A stretch of DNA of 64,000 nucleotides, taken from the NCBI GenBank assembly GCA_963735595.1, contig CAVTLK010000004.1:128001-192000 (forward strand), given 5' to 3'. Under the pieces are notes generated by a model. That model saw nothing but the letters and a program-made list of their open reading frames with translations. It did not search any database and was not told the DNA's origin. A program made the translations under genes and the position numbers. The DNA is from an uncultured delta proteobacterium (GTDB taxonomy: Bacteria > Desulfobacterota > Zymogenia > Zymogenales > Zymogenaceae). Below, piece after piece: positions 39,705 to 54,065 of this stretch. Every line of letters begins with the position of its first letter. The stretch's first letter is position 1.

Positions 39705-40175
39705 ATGAACAAGAAAGCCGAACGAATCCTGAAAATCGCCTCGGGTGATCTTCCGTTGACGCCCCGGCCGTTTGACGAATGGGCCCGGTCTGCGGGCGTT
39801 GAAGTACCCGAGCTTATCCTCACGCTTCGGCAGGCCCTGCACGATGGGATCGTACGGCGGTTTGGAGCGGTGCTCGCCCACACGAAGAGCGGAATGAAGA
39901 AAAATGCCATGGTTGCCTGGGAGGTGGCCGAAGCGGACGCCGACCGCGCCGGGCGCATCATGGCCCGGTATGACGCGGTCAGTCATTGTTACCTCCGGGC
40001 ACCCGCGCCCGACTTTCCCTATCGGCTCTATACGATGATTCACGCCCGCGACGATAGAGAGCTTTCTGCCTGTATCGACTCGATCCGGCAAAAGACCGGG
40101 CTGGTCTCGTTTGTCGTTTTACGTTCCGTGCGCGAGTTCAAGAAGACAAGCCCCGATTATCTCAACGAAACGTAA
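39705..40175 (+). CDS. ahbB: Siroheme decarboxylase subunit beta (AhbB/NirH-like)
   Basis: DLPLTPRPF, RRFGAVL, NAMVAW, VSHCYLR, LYTMIH, REFKKTS. Confidence 0.88.
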   Translation: MNKKAERILKIASGDLPLTPRPFDEWARSAGVEVPELILTLRQALHDGIVRRFGAVLAHTKSGMKKNAMVAWEVAEADADRAGRIMARYDAVSHCYLRAPAPDFPYRLYTMIHARDDRELSACIDSIRQKTGLVSFVVLRSVREFKKTSPDYLNET

Positions 40176-40233
40176 GACAACCTCACGCGCCGATTAACCG
40201 GGCGCCGTTCTATCAATCGAAGGGAAGCACTCA

Positions 40234-41530
40234 ATGGAAAAGACCCATACCACATCCCACGCGCTGTTCGAGCGTGCCCAGCGCGTCATCCCCGGCGGCG
40301 TCAACAGCCCCGTGCGCGCCTATAAATCGGTGGGGGGCAGCCCCCCTTTCATCACCCGTGGCGCGGGGGCGTATATCTTTGACGCCGACGAAAACCGGAT
40401 ATATCGATTATGTCCTTTCCTGGGGCCCGCTCATCCTCGGCCATGCCCACCAGGAGGTGGTGGCCGCGGCCGTCGAGGCCGATTTCGGCCGGCTCCTCCT
40501 TCGGGGCGCCCGACCGAGCGGGAGGTGGAACTGGCCGAGACGATCCTCTCGTTCTTCCCGAACAATGGAGATGGTCGCGTCTCGTTTCTTCCGGGACCGA
40601 GGCCGCGATGACTGCCGTCAGGCTCGCGCGGGGGGTTACCGGAAGGGATAAGATCGTAAAGTTTGCGGGGTGCTATCACGGCCATTCTGACAGTCTCCTG
40701 GCCGAGGCGGGGTCCGGGATCGCCACCCTCGGAATACCGGCAACCCCGGGGGTGACCGCGGCAACGGCGGCCGATACCCTGACCGTCACGTTTAACGACG
40801 GCGCGGCGCTGGACGCGGTATTTAAGCGATGGGGCAGCACGATCGCGGCCGTTATCGTGGAGCCGCTGCCGGGCAACATGGGTGTGGTCCCCCCGGTCGA
40901 GGGCTTCCTCGCACGGCTCGTCTCGACGGCCCGATCGCACGGTGGCGCTGGTCATTTTTGACGAGGTAATGAGCGGCTTTCGTGCGGCCCTCGGCGGCGC
41001 GCAGACCCTGTGGGGGCTTGACCCGGATATCACGCTGCTGGGCAAGGTCGTCGGGGGAGGATTTCCGCTGGCGGCCGTAATCGGCAAAGGCGATATCATG
41101 AGGCACCTGGCCCCGTCGGGCCCGGTCTATCAGGCCGGGACGCTTTCGGGCAATCCCGTGGCGGTGGCAGCGGGGATCGCAACGCTCAAGGTCTTGTCCC
41201 GGCCCGGCGTCTTTGACGGCATCGTGAAAAAAACCGATACGCTGACACGAGGGGTTATCGACGCCGCCGACACGGCGGGAGTACAGTCTCCGGGGGACCG
41301 CCGTCGGTACCATGACGTCATTCTTCTTCTGCGAGGGGCCGGTCCGCAATTTCGCCGAGGCCAAAGGCGACAAGGTCGGACCTGTTTGTCCGATGGTTTC
41401 ACGAGATGCTCGATCGCGGGATTTATATGGCCCCCTCACCCTTCGAGGCCCTCTTCCTTTCCGCGGCCCACAGCGACCGGGATATTAGCGACACGGTTCG
41501 GCAGCCCGGGAGGCCTTCGCACGGCTGTAA
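40234..41530 (+). CDS. hemL: Glutamate-1-semialdehyde 2,1-aminomutase (multiply frameshifted)
   Basis: [67 protein letters not shown] and APSPFEA in successive frames. Confidence 0.92.
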
Positions 41531-41583
41531 CCGCATCCCGGTTGGTCCGGCGGCGGTTGTCCGCCCCCGGGACTACCTTCGGA

Positions 41584-42351
41584 TTACGACTTAACGATGA
41601 CCGACGCCTTCGGGTCAAAGGGATTTGACCGCATCGCCAGAGAAAAGAGATAGGGATATTGATCGTGTGAGGTGCTTCATATAGTCTACCCATTGGAGCA
41701 TGAGCGGCCGTATACGCCCTCCTCATGTCCCCGGCCAGGTGAGTGATATCGCTTGCCGGCAGGTTCCGTAATCGTGTCGCGATGGGACAGCTCGTCCATC
41801 AAGTGAAATACCGCCCAGAGGAGGTCGGTGAAGCGCTCGTGTTCGAGAAGGTTTGGGTTCTCAAGGAGCCTCAGGAAAAAGTCCCGGTGATCAGTGAGAA
41901 ACCGCTTCAGGTCCGTCAGGTCGAAATGCGGTAAGGTCCAATATCGGGCGTATAGGATGAAAGCGCCTGTTTCTTTGCCGCGACGCCCCTGGCCGACCAG
42001 TCGGCGTTCAGAAGTACGTCCTGCGCGACGTCCTGAATGTTCGTGTCCGCCGCCGAGATATCCTTGAGCAGCCTCGTTCCCACCTCGCTGAAGAAAGGTC
42101 CCGATGACCATGTTCATCTTGGTCATCATCGCCTCTTTTTCCCGCCGTCTTGAGCAGTCGATCGATAATGATGGTCACCAGCAGAACCTCGATGGGCAGA
42201 AAGGCGATGTCGCCCACCAGGTAGATGAAGATGTGGTGGGAGTCGCGAAAAATGCAGTAGTGGGAGAAAGTAGAGAACCGCCGACAGAACAATAAGTACG
42301 GCGGCCAGTTCTATCGCGAAACAGATCGCGCTTTTGGTCTTTCTTGCTCAT
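41584..42351 (-). CDS. Hypothetical membrane protein (two N-terminal TM helices), frameshifted
   Basis: Fragments [61 protein letters not shown] and SNPFDPKAS are colinear on the minus strand. Confidence 0.65.
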
Positions 42352-42394
42352 GTCATTGATTCCTTTGTCGATACTGTTTTTCCGATGCCGGCCG

Positions 42395-43366
42395 TTATCG
42401 GTCAATCTTCCTGCCGGCGTCTTCTATGATAAGGCGTGTTTCTCGCGCCTCGCTATCGGGGTCCATGGATGTCGGCGTCCCATCTCTGTCGGATATCCGG
42501 GGCAAACCGGCCGATAAAGGCCAGCGGGTTTTCCCAGAGGATCGCCCGCGAGATCTCGTCCGAAAGCCCGAAGGCGGCAAAATCGCCGTAGATCGTCCCG
42601 AGGCTACCCATCCCTACGGGATGATCAGTGCCGAAGAGGGTCCTGTCCGAAAAGTCGGTCATCAGGGCGCGAAAGAGCTCGCCCGTTTCCGACCAGTCGC
42701 GGCCCGCGCCGGGCCGGTCAGCAGCGCAAGGTAATTCAGCGCCCCGAAGACATTGGTGGCGTCAAGCCAGACACCCCGGTATCCTTCCATGAGGGCGCGC
42801 ACCTCCCGAAAATAGGGGAAGAGGCAGTGGGAGAGGACGAGCACCAGCCGGGGGAACCGCCGAAGGATACGCTCTATGTCGGCCGGCGGCATCTTCATTC
42901 GGTAGAATTCCTCGAAGCCCGTGTGCAGCACCACCGGCTTTCCATACTCCTCCATCAGCTCGTAGACGACAAACATCCGCTCGTCGGCCGGGTCAAACCG
43001 CTGGACGAAGGGGTGAAATTTAAGCCCCACAAAACGATAACCCTCCATACACTGGCGCGTGACCGCCTCGTTTATCGGGGGTATCCAGGTGCAGGGAGCC
43101 GAAAGGGGCCGCCCTGGGGGAGCCGTTGCGACAGCTCTTCGTTAAATTCATTGAGCGCGTCGGTCTCGTCCGGCCTGAGTGGATAGACATAATTAAAGAA
43201 AAAGGGTATCCCCTTACCGGAGAGGTCCGACACGATCCCCGTCTCGTCTATGTCCGGATTGACCGGGTGATCGGGAAAGGCTTTTCTGATCCAGCGCATG
43301 AGCCCCGCGATTCTCACGGGCGGCATGATATGGACATGGGCGTCGATGATTGGACTGCATTGACAT
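42395..43366 (-). CDS. Amidohydrolase_2 family protein (frameshifted)
   Basis: IIDAHVH, GLKFHP, PVVLHTG, LVLSH, VWLD, LFGTDHP, ILWENP across three frames. Confidence 0.8.
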
Positions 43367-43457
43367 GCTGCCGTTAGTTTCCTGGTAAGGGCGGACAAAA
43401 AAATGTGACCGTTAAAGATTCTGCCGCACGTGAGGCCGGGCCCCCGCTACGCCCTGT

Positions 43458-43844
43458 TTATGGTCTGTCTATGGTAATCGGGCTCCCCTCAGGCACGGAC
43501 GAAAGAAGTGCGGGGTCGTCGGTAATATCACCGAAGATGTTTACCGGCGAGGCCGCTCGGATTTCGTCCCCGAGGCTCACGGGTGTCTTGCCGAAGAATA
43601 TGCACAGCGCGTTTCCGTCCGGCCAGTATCCGAGCTCCCCCCTCTGGACAATGTCCCGCGCATCCGGGGCCCGGCCGAGGACGAGCGGAATCGAAAAGTA
43701 TATCTCATCCCCCCAGCGGTTGGCGCGCCCGGAGATGGGAAGGATTCCGAGGATCGCACTGCCTGTCTCGTTTTCGTATATCCGGGCCGGGAGGGCCAGG
43801 CCACCTGTGCGGATGATGACGTTTCTTTCCACGTGGACGTCCAT
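43458..43844 (-). CDS. Cyclophilin-like fold protein (DUF369/TM1367-like)
   Basis: LPI...RWGDEIYFSIP, GELGYWPDGNALCIFFGKTP, ASPVN. Confidence 0.82.
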   Translation of the reverse strand: MDVHVERNVIIRTGGLALPARIYENETGSAILGILPISGRANRWGDEIYFSIPLVLGRAPDARDIVQRGELGYWPDGNALCIFFGKTPVSLGDEIRAASPVNIFGDITDDPALLSSVPEGSPITIDRP

Positions 43845-44191
43845 CGACTTCACCACCATATTCCGACTCCATTGTATGGTCACACGCCGCGGCTTGTCAA
43901 GGACATTGTCGGGGCGTCCCCCAATCATCAGGTACACGCCATCCGGCAACCGCCTTCACAAAAGCGGTACAGTGCCCGGCGCCCACCTGTTTGCCCATTT
44001 TCGCCGCTCTTTAGTTTTACGGTCTTATTTGAGAGATTACGCTTGACAACCGATCTGCCTTCTGGTTTAATGTACGCGAAAATCGATGATTCCTTTTCGT
44101 AATCCGGTCTTTTTTCTCAAGCAGCAATTCACATTCGGACAATGAGATGTAGCCCAGTATTAGTGTTGCAGAGCCGCCGTCTCTTTTTTAT

Positions 44192-44295
44192 AAAAAAAGA
44201 GTTGAGTTTTCCACACCTGTTAGCAATTTTGTGGATAACTCAACTTTTTTTTGGTCTAAATTCATGTTTTCCCGTGTTTTTTTGAATTTTCCACA
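44192..44295. promoter_or_regulatory. DnaA-box cluster upstream of dnaA (oriC part 1 / dnaA autoregulation)
   Basis: TTTTCCACA (44207-44215), TGTGGATAA (44230-44238, perfect), TTTTCCACA (44287-44295) in AT-rich DNA. Confidence 0.8.
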
Positions 44296-44350
44296 CGGGA
44301 CGTAAAAATAACCCGTTGATATCGTTGTAAAAAAACGCTTCGAGTACGCA

Positions 44351-45694
44351 ATGGACTCTATCTGGACAAAGACAACCGATACAATCAAGGCCAAGATCGG
44401 AGAAAAGACTTACGACCTCTGGTTTAAATCCCTAATATGCAAGGAAATCTCGGACAACCGCGCGATCATCGAAGTCCCCAATAAATTCATCCGTGATTGG
44501 ATTGCGGAACACTACCTGGATATGATCATCGATTGCCTGAAAAAGGGAACGGACCGGGACTATGTCGTCGATTTTTCGATTACCGACTCCCATGACTCGT
44601 CCGTCCACTCGGTTGAGCCGGCAAAGGCGAAGAGCCAGTCCCCCCACCTCAAGGCCCTCCGTCAGCGGCTCAATCCCAACTATACCCTCAAAACCTTTGT
44701 AAAGGGTCCCTCGAACGAATTTGCGAAGGCCGCATGCGAAAAGGTCGCGGAAAATCCCGCCAGGGAGTACAACCCCCTGTTCATCTACGGAGGCGTGGGC
44801 CTGGGGAAGACCCATCTCCTCAACGCGGTAGGGCTCGGCATCATAAAGCGATATCCCGACGCGGCGGTTTATTACATCACGTCTGAGGAGTTCGTCAACG
44901 AGCTGGTAAAATCCATCCGGTACGAGAAGATGGACGAGTTCAGGAAGAAGTTCAGAAACATCGACGTATTGCTCGTGGACGATATCCAGTTCATCGCCGG
45001 CAAGAAGCAGACCCAGGAAGAATTCTTCCACACCTTTAATACCCTATACGAGAATCAGAAACAGATCGTTTTGACCAGCGATAAGATAACCAAGGAGATT
45101 GCGGGGCTCGAAGAGCGGCTTCGCTCCCGGTTTGAGTGGGGGCTCATCGCAGACATCGACTATCCGGACACTGAACATATGGTGGCCATCCTCAAGACAA
45201 AGGCCGAGCGCAACTACTCGGTGGATCTTGCCGATGACGTCGCCTTTTTCATCGCCACGATCGTCGACAATAAACCCAATATCCGGGAGCTCGAGGGTCT
45301 CCTTACCCGCCTCATGGCCGAGGCGTCGCTGGACGGAAAGGAGATCACGCTCGATTTTGCGCGATCGGCCCTCAAGAACTTCATCAGAGACAGGGATCAT
45401 CCCGAGAGTATAGACGGTATTCAAAAGATCGTCGCCAAGTATTTCAAGATAAAGGTGTCTGACCTTAAATCACAACGACGAATCAAGGCGCTGGCCGAGC
45501 CGAGGCAGATTGCCATGTACCTCGCAAAGAAGATCAGCAAAGGGTCGTACCCTGAGATCGGGCAGAAATTCGGAGGGAAAGACCATTCGACGGTCATCCA
45601 CGCGGTAAAGAAAATCGAAGGCAAAATCGCCGCTGATCCGGAATTCAAGAACACGGTATTTGCCATAGAAAACCAGATCAAGCTCAGGGGATAG
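44351..45694 (+). CDS. dnaA: Chromosomal replication initiator protein DnaA
   Basis: YNPLFIYGGVGLGKTHL, LLVDDIQF, QEEFFHTFN, RLRSRFEWGL, FGGKDHSTV. Confidence 0.99.
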   Translation: MDSIWTKTTDTIKAKIGEKTYDLWFKSLICKEISDNRAIIEVPNKFIRDWIAEHYLDMIIDCLKKGTDRDYVVDFSITDSHDSSVHSVEPAKAKSQSPHLKALRQRLNPNYTLKTFVKGPSNEFAKAACEKVAENPAREYNPLFIYGGVGLGKTHLLNAVGLGIIKRYPDAAVYYITSEEFVNELVKSIRYEKMDEFRKKFRNIDVLLVDDIQFIAGKKQTQEEFFHTFNTLYENQKQIVLTSDKITKEIAGLEERLRSRFEWGLIADIDYPDTEHMVAILKTKAERNYSVDLADDVAFFIATIVDNKPNIRELEGLLTRLMAEASLDGKEITLDFARSALKNFIRDRDHPESIDGIQKIVAKYFKIKVSDLKSQRRIKALAEPRQIAMYLAKKISKGSYPEIGQKFGGKDHSTVIHAVKKIEGKIAADPEFKNTVFAIENQIKLRG

Positions 45695-45900
45695 CCCTGG
45701 GTAAAAGACCGAGATATCTCTGTGGACAGGTTGTTGATAGGGCGCGGCGAGTAAAAAAACCGGGTTATTCACCGTCTGTCCCCGACTTTTTTTGTACCGA
45801 AAACGGGAGTTTTGATATATACTTAGCCAACCCTATCCACAGTTAACAGAGTATAGTGCTACTATTCTTATAATATATATATAGTATAGATAGAGCAACG
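45695..45900. other. Probable oriC unwinding region between dnaA and dnaN
   Basis: DnaA-box-like TGTGGACAG (45721), TTATTCACC and CTATCCACA (45833-45841), followed by trio-like GCTACTATTCTTATAAT and a TA-rich tract. Confidence 0.75.
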
Positions 45901-45915
45901 CAAAGGAGACAATGA

Positions 45916-47037
45916 ATGGAATGGAAGATAGAAAAAGAGGATATTCTCAAGGGGCTTGCCAGGACCCAGAGTATCGTCGAGAAGAAAAATACTATTCAAA
46001 TTCTCTCCAACGTCCTACTCAAGCTGACCGGCAATGACCTGACGATCGAGGCGACGGATCTCGAGGTAGGGGTAAGCGCGACATACGAATGTGAAGGCAT
46101 AGTCCCCGGCGGCGTTACGGTTGACGCCAAAACTCTCTACGAGGTAGTGAGGCAGATACCGGAAGGTCTCGTCATACATTTTAAAAAGAAAGATAATAAC
46201 TGGCTTGAAATTTCCGCCGGAAGGTCGGTTTTTAATCTCGTTGGACTGGCCCCGGAGGACTTCCCGGAGGTCCCGGTGCCGACCGGCGAGAGCCAGTGGA
46301 ACATGAACCCCGCTATCCTCAAGGGGATGATCGAAAAGACGATATTTGCTGTCTCCCAGGAGGATATGCGGTATAACCTCTCGGGCGTCTTTATCGAGAT
46401 CACCCAGGACGGCAAGAACAAGAAGATCAGAATGGTGGCGACCGACGGACACCGCCTGTCCCTGGTCGATTCCGAGTTCGAGGGCGAAATCCCGATTCCC
46501 GCGTCACAGGGAGTTATTGTACCGAAGAAGGGGCTGTCGGAATTAAGTAAGATCCTCGATGAAGGCGACGAACCTGTCGGGATGAGACTTGAAGGTAATA
46601 ACCTCATCGTAAAGCGTGACCGGCTTACTCTTGTCATGAGGCTCGTCGATGGAAGATTTCCCGACTACCGGCAGGTAATACCGGCGGGTAACGATAAGGT
46701 GATCACGGTTTCGCGCGAGGATTTTATCAGGACAATCAGGCGGGTATCTATCCTGTCGTACGAGCGGGTGAAGATGGTGAAGTTTCGTATCACGCCGTCA
46801 TCCATGGAAATCACGTCTGAGAGCCCGGATATGGGAACGGCCAGGGAGGAGGTCCCGGTGCAGTACGAAGGTCCGGAGATGAGCATCGGCTTCAATTCGA
46901 ACTACCTGTTGGATATCCTCGGTGCCATGGACGATCAGGAGGTCCTTATAAAACTCCTGGACGAGTCAAGCCCGGGCGAGGTTCGTCCCGCAAAAGAGAA
47001 GGACTACTTCTTCATCATCATGCCGATGAAAATATAG
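45916..47037 (+). CDS. dnaN: DNA polymerase III beta sliding clamp
   Basis: ATDLE, VATDGHRL, GRFPDYRQVIP, IGFN, IMPM. Confidence 0.98.
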   Translation: MEWKIEKEDILKGLARTQSIVEKKNTIQILSNVLLKLTGNDLTIEATDLEVGVSATYECEGIVPGGVTVDAKTLYEVVRQIPEGLVIHFKKKDNNWLEISAGRSVFNLVGLAPEDFPEVPVPTGESQWNMNPAILKGMIEKTIFAVSQEDMRYNLSGVFIEITQDGKNKKIRMVATDGHRLSLVDSEFEGEIPIPASQGVIVPKKGLSELSKILDEGDEPVGMRLEGNNLIVKRDRLTLVMRLVDGRFPDYRQVIPAGNDKVITVSREDFIRTIRRVSILSYERVKMVKFRITPSSMEITSESPDMGTAREEVPVQYEGPEMSIGFNSNYLLDILGAMDDQEVLIKLLDESSPGEVRPAKEKDYFFIIMPMKI

Positions 47038-47083
47038 TTCCAGGACGCTACAATTTGTGGTATGATAAAACGTTTATCGTTAA

Positions 47084-49525
<2,442 letters not shown>

Positions 49526-49723
49526 CGCTTATCGGGGAGACGGTACTCGGCCGCGAGCCGAGGTTATCTCATACCGTCGGCAAGGCGGGCGACGCCCCGG
49601 GCGTTGGACGGGTTCAGATGGATACGGCAATTAACGACAAGAGAGTGGCGGCACAGACCGCATAACGGAGTCCCGAGATGGAAGATGACGGGGACTCTTC
49701 TCTGTACGTGAGGAGAATCAGGG

Positions 49724-52171
49724 ATGGACGAAGTACGGTCGCATACGACGGCCATTAACATAGAAGACGAGATGCGCCGCTCGTACATCGATTACGCCAT
49801 GAGCGTCATCATCGGGCGCGCCATCCCGGACGTCCGTGACGGCCTCAAGCCGGTGCACCGTCGTATTTTGTATGCGATGTATGAGCTCAGGAACTTCCAC
49901 GACGAGCCGCACAAAAAATCGGCGCGCGTCGTTGGGGACGTAATCGGTAAGTTTCACCCTCACGGCGACGTGGCGGTATATGACGCCCTGGTCAGGATGG
50001 CGCAGGACTTCAACATGAGGCACCTGTTGGTAGACGGACAGGGCAACTTCGGCTCGATTGACGGGGACCCCCCGGCGGCCATGCGGTATACCGAGGTGCG
50101 CATGGCAAAATTCGCCAGGCACCTCCTGGACGACATCGAGAAGAACACCGTCGATTTTGTTCCCAACTACGATGAGACACGGGAAGAACCGACGATACTT
50201 CCGGCGCGGTTTCCCAACCTGCTGCTCAACGGCTCCTCGGGCATCGCCGTGGGCATGGCTACCAATATACCGCCGCACAACTTGGGTGAATTGATCGATG
50301 CCATTATCGCGATCATAAAAACCCCGGACATAAGCGTAAAGGAGCTCATGAAAATCGTTCCCGGCCCCGACTTTCCTACCCGGGGATTTATCTACGGGAC
50401 GGCAGGCATCAAAGAGGCCTACGAAAAGGGGCGCGGGAGAATCGTGCTGCGGGCGAGGGCGAAAATCGAGACGCAGCCCCGAACCGGCAAGACCGCCATC
50501 GTCATCACCGAGATACCGTATAGCGTCAACAAGGCCAAGCTCATCGAGAGAATAGCGGACCTGGTGAGAAACAAGAAGATCGAGGGCATCAGCGACCTGA
50601 GGGACGAGTCGGACAGGGAGGGGATGCGGATCGTCGTTGAGCTCAAGAAGGAGGCCCTGCCCCCTATCGTGCTCAACCGGCTCTACAGCCTGACGCCGAT
50701 GGAGAACACCTTCGGGGTTATCATGCTCGCTATCGTTGCCGGCAGGCCCCGCGTACTTACCCTGAAGGAAGCGCTCCTCTATTTCATCTACCACCGGCGG
50801 GAGGTGGTGACCCGGCGGACGAAATTCGACCTCGAAAAGGCCCTGGAACGCGCCCATATCCTCGAAGGCCTGGTCAAGGCGATTCAGAACATCGACGAAG
50901 TCATCAGCATCATAAAGGCCTCCAAGACCCAGCCGGAGGCAAAGGAACGATTGATCTCCCGATTCTCGTTTTCCGATATCCAGGCCCAAGCAATCCTCGA
51001 TATGCGGCTGGGCAGGCTTACGTCCCTTGAAATAGAAAAGCTCCTCAAGGAGTACGAAGAAGTCCTTGCCCTCATCGAGATGCTGCGCAAGATCCTGTCC
51101 GACGAAAAGGAGCTCATTAAGGTCATCGTCGAGGAGTTGATCGCGATAAAAGAGGAATTCGCCGACGAACGCCGAACCGAGATCGTCTCGGAAACGAAGG
51201 AGCTCACGCTGGAAGACCTCGTTGCCCAGGAGGACATGGTCGTTACCGTTTCTCACAACGGCTACATCAAGCGGACGCCGCTATCCCAGTACCGTTCCCA
51301 GCATCGGGGCGGAAAGGGGATATCGGCAATGGATATGGCAGAAGGCGACTTCATTGAAAGCCTTTTTACCGCCCAGACCCACGACCACGTCCTGGTCTTT
51401 TCCGACACGGGCAAGGCCTACGGCCTTCGGGTGCACGAGATACCCCAGGCGGCCCGGGTCAGCAAGGGCAGGTCGGTAGCAAACCTGGTGCAGATGCAGC
51501 CCGACGAAAAGGTCGCCTCGATGCTGGTGGTGCCCGACGTCGGTAACCAGGCGCATATCATCATGCTGACCGAGCGGGGGATGATAAAAAAGAGCCCGGC
51601 GTCCGAATTCGCCAATGCACGCCATACGGGGATAGTTGCAGTGGGGCTTGGCGAGGAAGACCGCCTGGTGACCGCCAAGACCGTGGACGCGGGAGCCGAG
51701 ATCGTCCTGGTGACTGAAAACGGCAACGCGGTTCGGTTCTCCGAGGAAGAGGTCAGGCCCATGGGGCGCGCGGCCCAGGGGGTCAAGGCGGTCAGGCTCT
51801 CCTCGAAAGACCGGGTGGTGGGCATGGCGCTGATCACCGAGGGATGCAGCATACTTACCGCCACGGCCAACGGGTTCGGCAAGCGGACCAAGGAGGACGA
51901 GTACCCGACGTTCAAGCGGGGCGGGAAGGGGGTTATTGCTCTCCGGGCTACCGAAAAGACCGGGAAGCTCATCGGCATACGGAGCATACTGCCCGATGAT
52001 GAGATTATCATGATATCGGACAAGGGGAAGTTTCTCAGGCTCAAGGCATCATCCGTCTCGATCATCGGGAGAAACACCCAGGGGGTGCGTCTGATGAACC
52101 TGGACCCGGGGGAACGGCTCGTCGGCATTGCGGTACTGGCCGAGAAGGAGGAGGAAAACGGTAATGCGTAG
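49724..52171 (+). CDS. gyrA: DNA gyrase subunit A
   Basis: [21 protein letters not shown], GyrA-box QHRGGKG. Confidence 0.99.
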   Translation: MDEVRSHTTAINIEDEMRRSYIDYAMSVIIGRAIPDVRDGLKPVHRRILYAMYELRNFHDEPHKKSARVVGDVIGKFHPHGDVAVYDALVRMAQDFNMRHLLVDGQGNFGSIDGDPPAAMRYTEVRMAKFARHLLDDIEKNTVDFVPNYDETREEPTILPARFPNLLLNGSSGIAVGMATNIPPHNLGELIDAIIAIIKTPDISVKELMKIVPGPDFPTRGFIYGTAGIKEAYEKGRGRIVLRARAKIETQPRTGKTAIVITEIPYSVNKAKLIERIADLVRNKKIEGISDLRDESDREGMRIVVELKKEALPPIVLNRLYSLTPMENTFGVIMLAIVAGRPRVLTLKEALLYFIYHRREVVTRRTKFDLEKALERAHILEGLVKAIQNIDEVISIIKASKTQPEAKERLISRFSFSDIQAQAILDMRLGRLTSLEIEKLLKEYEEVLALIEMLRKILSDEKELIKVIVEELIAIKEEFADERRTEIVSETKELTLEDLVAQEDMVVTVSHNGYIKRTPLSQYRSQHRGGKGISAMDMAEGDFIESLFTAQTHDHVLVFSDTGKAYGLRVHEIPQAARVSKGRSVANLVQMQPDEKVASMLVVPDVGNQAHIIMLTERGMIKKSPASEFANARHTGIVAVGLGEEDRLVTAKTVDAGAEIVLVTENGNAVRFSEEEVRPMGRAAQGVKAVRLSSKDRVVGMALITEGCSILTATANGFGKRTKEDEYPTFKRGGKGVIALRATEKTGKLIGIRSILPDDEIIMISDKGKFLRLKASSVSIIGRNTQGVRLMNLDPGERLVGIAVLAEKEEENGNA

Positions 52172-53153
52172 GGCTTATATTACGATTCTGGGGATTCTCT
52201 TCATCATTGGTCTGGCTTCCTGTGCAAAGGATCCCCTCAAGGATGACTTTGAGAGGGCCGATAAGCTGTGCGAAAAAGAGCACTATGAAGAAGCGGCCGA
52301 GATGTTTCGGGAGATCGCCATCCTCAATCCCCACTCGGACTACGCGGCCCAGGCGCTGTTTAGATCGGGCACGATCAACTTCTTATACCTCAAACGCTAC
52401 GAAGACGCCGTCGAAGACTTCGCCTATCTCGTCTATTACTATCCCGATGATGAGCTCGCTTTCGAATCGCAGGCCGATATCGTCGACATATACATGAATA
52501 AGATGGGCAATTACGGGCAGGCTATCGTGGAGCTGAGAAAGCTTATCGAGAACTACCCCGGCCACGACGATATCGACCAGTATCAATACAAGCTTGCGCG
52601 CTGCTACTATTCTATGCGGGACTTCGACCAGGCCAGGCTCGAATACCTGATCCTTTTGGATACCTATCACCGTACGAAGCTCAAACCCGAGATATATTTC
52701 GACATCGCCAACACGTACTATGTAGAGGGGGGCGGTAAAGTCGATAAAGCCATCGAGTACTATACGAAGTTGATCGACGGATATCCTGATTCACCCCTCG
52801 TGATGGAGGCCATGTTTTATACCGCTGCGGCCCTCGAGGAGAAGGGTGATCTGGACGAAGCTCTCAAGGCCTACGAGGAGCTGCTGCCGGTCTACCCGAA
52901 CCCGAGTATGGTGGCGCTCAGGATCGAGGGGATAAAGGGCATCATCCAGAAAAAGGCCTCCCCCGCACCGATGGATAACTCCATGGGCCTGGGCGCAACC
53001 GAAGGGGAAGTAATCGAAGGAAGCGGGGACGATAACGCGCCGCCGGCGGTAGGCGATAACGAAAAGCCGGACGGCATCATTATCAAGACGCCGGATAAGA
53101 AGAAGGAGACGCCGCCCGATACGGCGGGTACGGCGCCGGATTCCCCAAAGTAG
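52164..53153 (+). CDS. TPR-repeat lipoprotein (BamD/CpoB-like)
   Basis: Lipobox LASC; repeated A...Y..L...YP TPR units; low-complexity tail. Confidence 0.82.
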   Translation: MRRAYITILGILFIIGLASCAKDPLKDDFERADKLCEKEHYEEAAEMFREIAILNPHSDYAAQALFRSGTINFLYLKRYEDAVEDFAYLVYYYPDDELAFESQADIVDIYMNKMGNYGQAIVELRKLIENYPGHDDIDQYQYKLARCYYSMRDFDQARLEYLILLDTYHRTKLKPEIYFDIANTYYVEGGGKVDKAIEYYTKLIDGYPDSPLVMEAMFYTAAALEEKGDLDEALKAYEELLPVYPNPSMVALRIEGIKGIIQKKASPAPMDNSMGLGATEGEVIEGSGDDNAPPAVGDNEKPDGIIIKTPDKKKETPPDTAGTAPDSPK

Positions 53154-53212
53154 TGGATGCCACCCCTGGTTGACGGGTACGGTAACATCGTATCCGATTG
53201 TGGAGGCCCGCG

Positions 53213-53929
53213 ATGAACCATATCGCCCTTGAGACCGGGATCTTGTGGGGTCGGCTGACGCAAGACCAGGGTTATACCGACGCGACCAACCAGGCAATCG
53301 CAATCCTCAGAGATCCCCATCATTTCCAGTGGTATCTTGTCCCCATCTTCGTCGCCGTCTTCTATATTTATTTTGCCGAAATCGAGAAGAAGAACTGGAA
53401 CGCAGTTATTGCCGGCCTCGCCTTCTGGGGCGTGGAATGGCTCTTTGAGATCATCAACGCCCTGTTTCTGACCGTCAACGGCACCTCGGCGCTCTGGACC
53501 ACGCCCTGCGTCAACGCGTCCACCGGCGTCGTTAACAGCGCGTATAACATACTGGTTGGGCTCAACGTCGAGATCAGCCTGATGTTTCTGTTCATGGGCG
53601 TAATATTCGCAAAGGCATTGCCGTCGGAGAGAGACAAAAAGGCCCTGGGGATCAGCAACCGGACGCTCCTGGCGCTTCTCTTCGCGACCCTCTGCGTGGG
53701 CGTCGAGGTAGTCCTTAATTTCTGGGACGCCCTGATCTGGGAGTATTGGTGGTGGAACTGGTATAACCCGATCCTGATAATCGCCATGGCCTATTTTCCG
53801 CTCATCCGGACCTCGTTCTGGGTCTATGATCTGAAACCGAGAAAGACGCAGCTCGCCGTCACCGCCGCGATATACGTCGTCGATGCGCTGCTCCTGGTCG
53901 TCTGCATGGGCGTTTTTGGGTGGATCTGA
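53213..53929 (+). CDS. Hypothetical multi-pass membrane protein
   Basis: About six hydrophobic, Trp-rich segments; GGAGG RBS. Confidence 0.8.
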   Translation: MNHIALETGILWGRLTQDQGYTDATNQAIAILRDPHHFQWYLVPIFVAVFYIYFAEIEKKNWNAVIAGLAFWGVEWLFEIINALFLTVNGTSALWTTPCVNASTGVVNSAYNILVGLNVEISLMFLFMGVIFAKALPSERDKKALGISNRTLLALLFATLCVGVEVVLNFWDALIWEYWWWNWYNPILIIAMAYFPLIRTSFWVYDLKPRKTQLAVTAAIYVVDALLLVVCMGVFGWI

Positions 53930-54065
53930 AAAGGGGGACGCGTCAGCCGGGGTGCATGTGCGGATAGTGTTGTTTAAAAGAACCGGGCGGCCAAATGCCA
54001 AATGAAATGGCCGCCCGATTTGTTGGTGGTGAGATCTCCGGGGCATGGTTTTATAGGGAGAGGGT

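Noticed and set aside
39705..40175. AsnC/Lrp transcriptional regulator call
   Set aside because: The VSHCYLR, LYTMIH and EFKKTS motifs and adjacency to hemL indicate the AhbB siroheme decarboxylase subunit.
36345..41530. atpI, atpB, atpE and hemL as real pseudogenes or programmed frameshifts
   Set aside because: The many scattered single-base indels in near-essential genes with otherwise conserved residues point to consensus error; I saw no consistent slippery motif.
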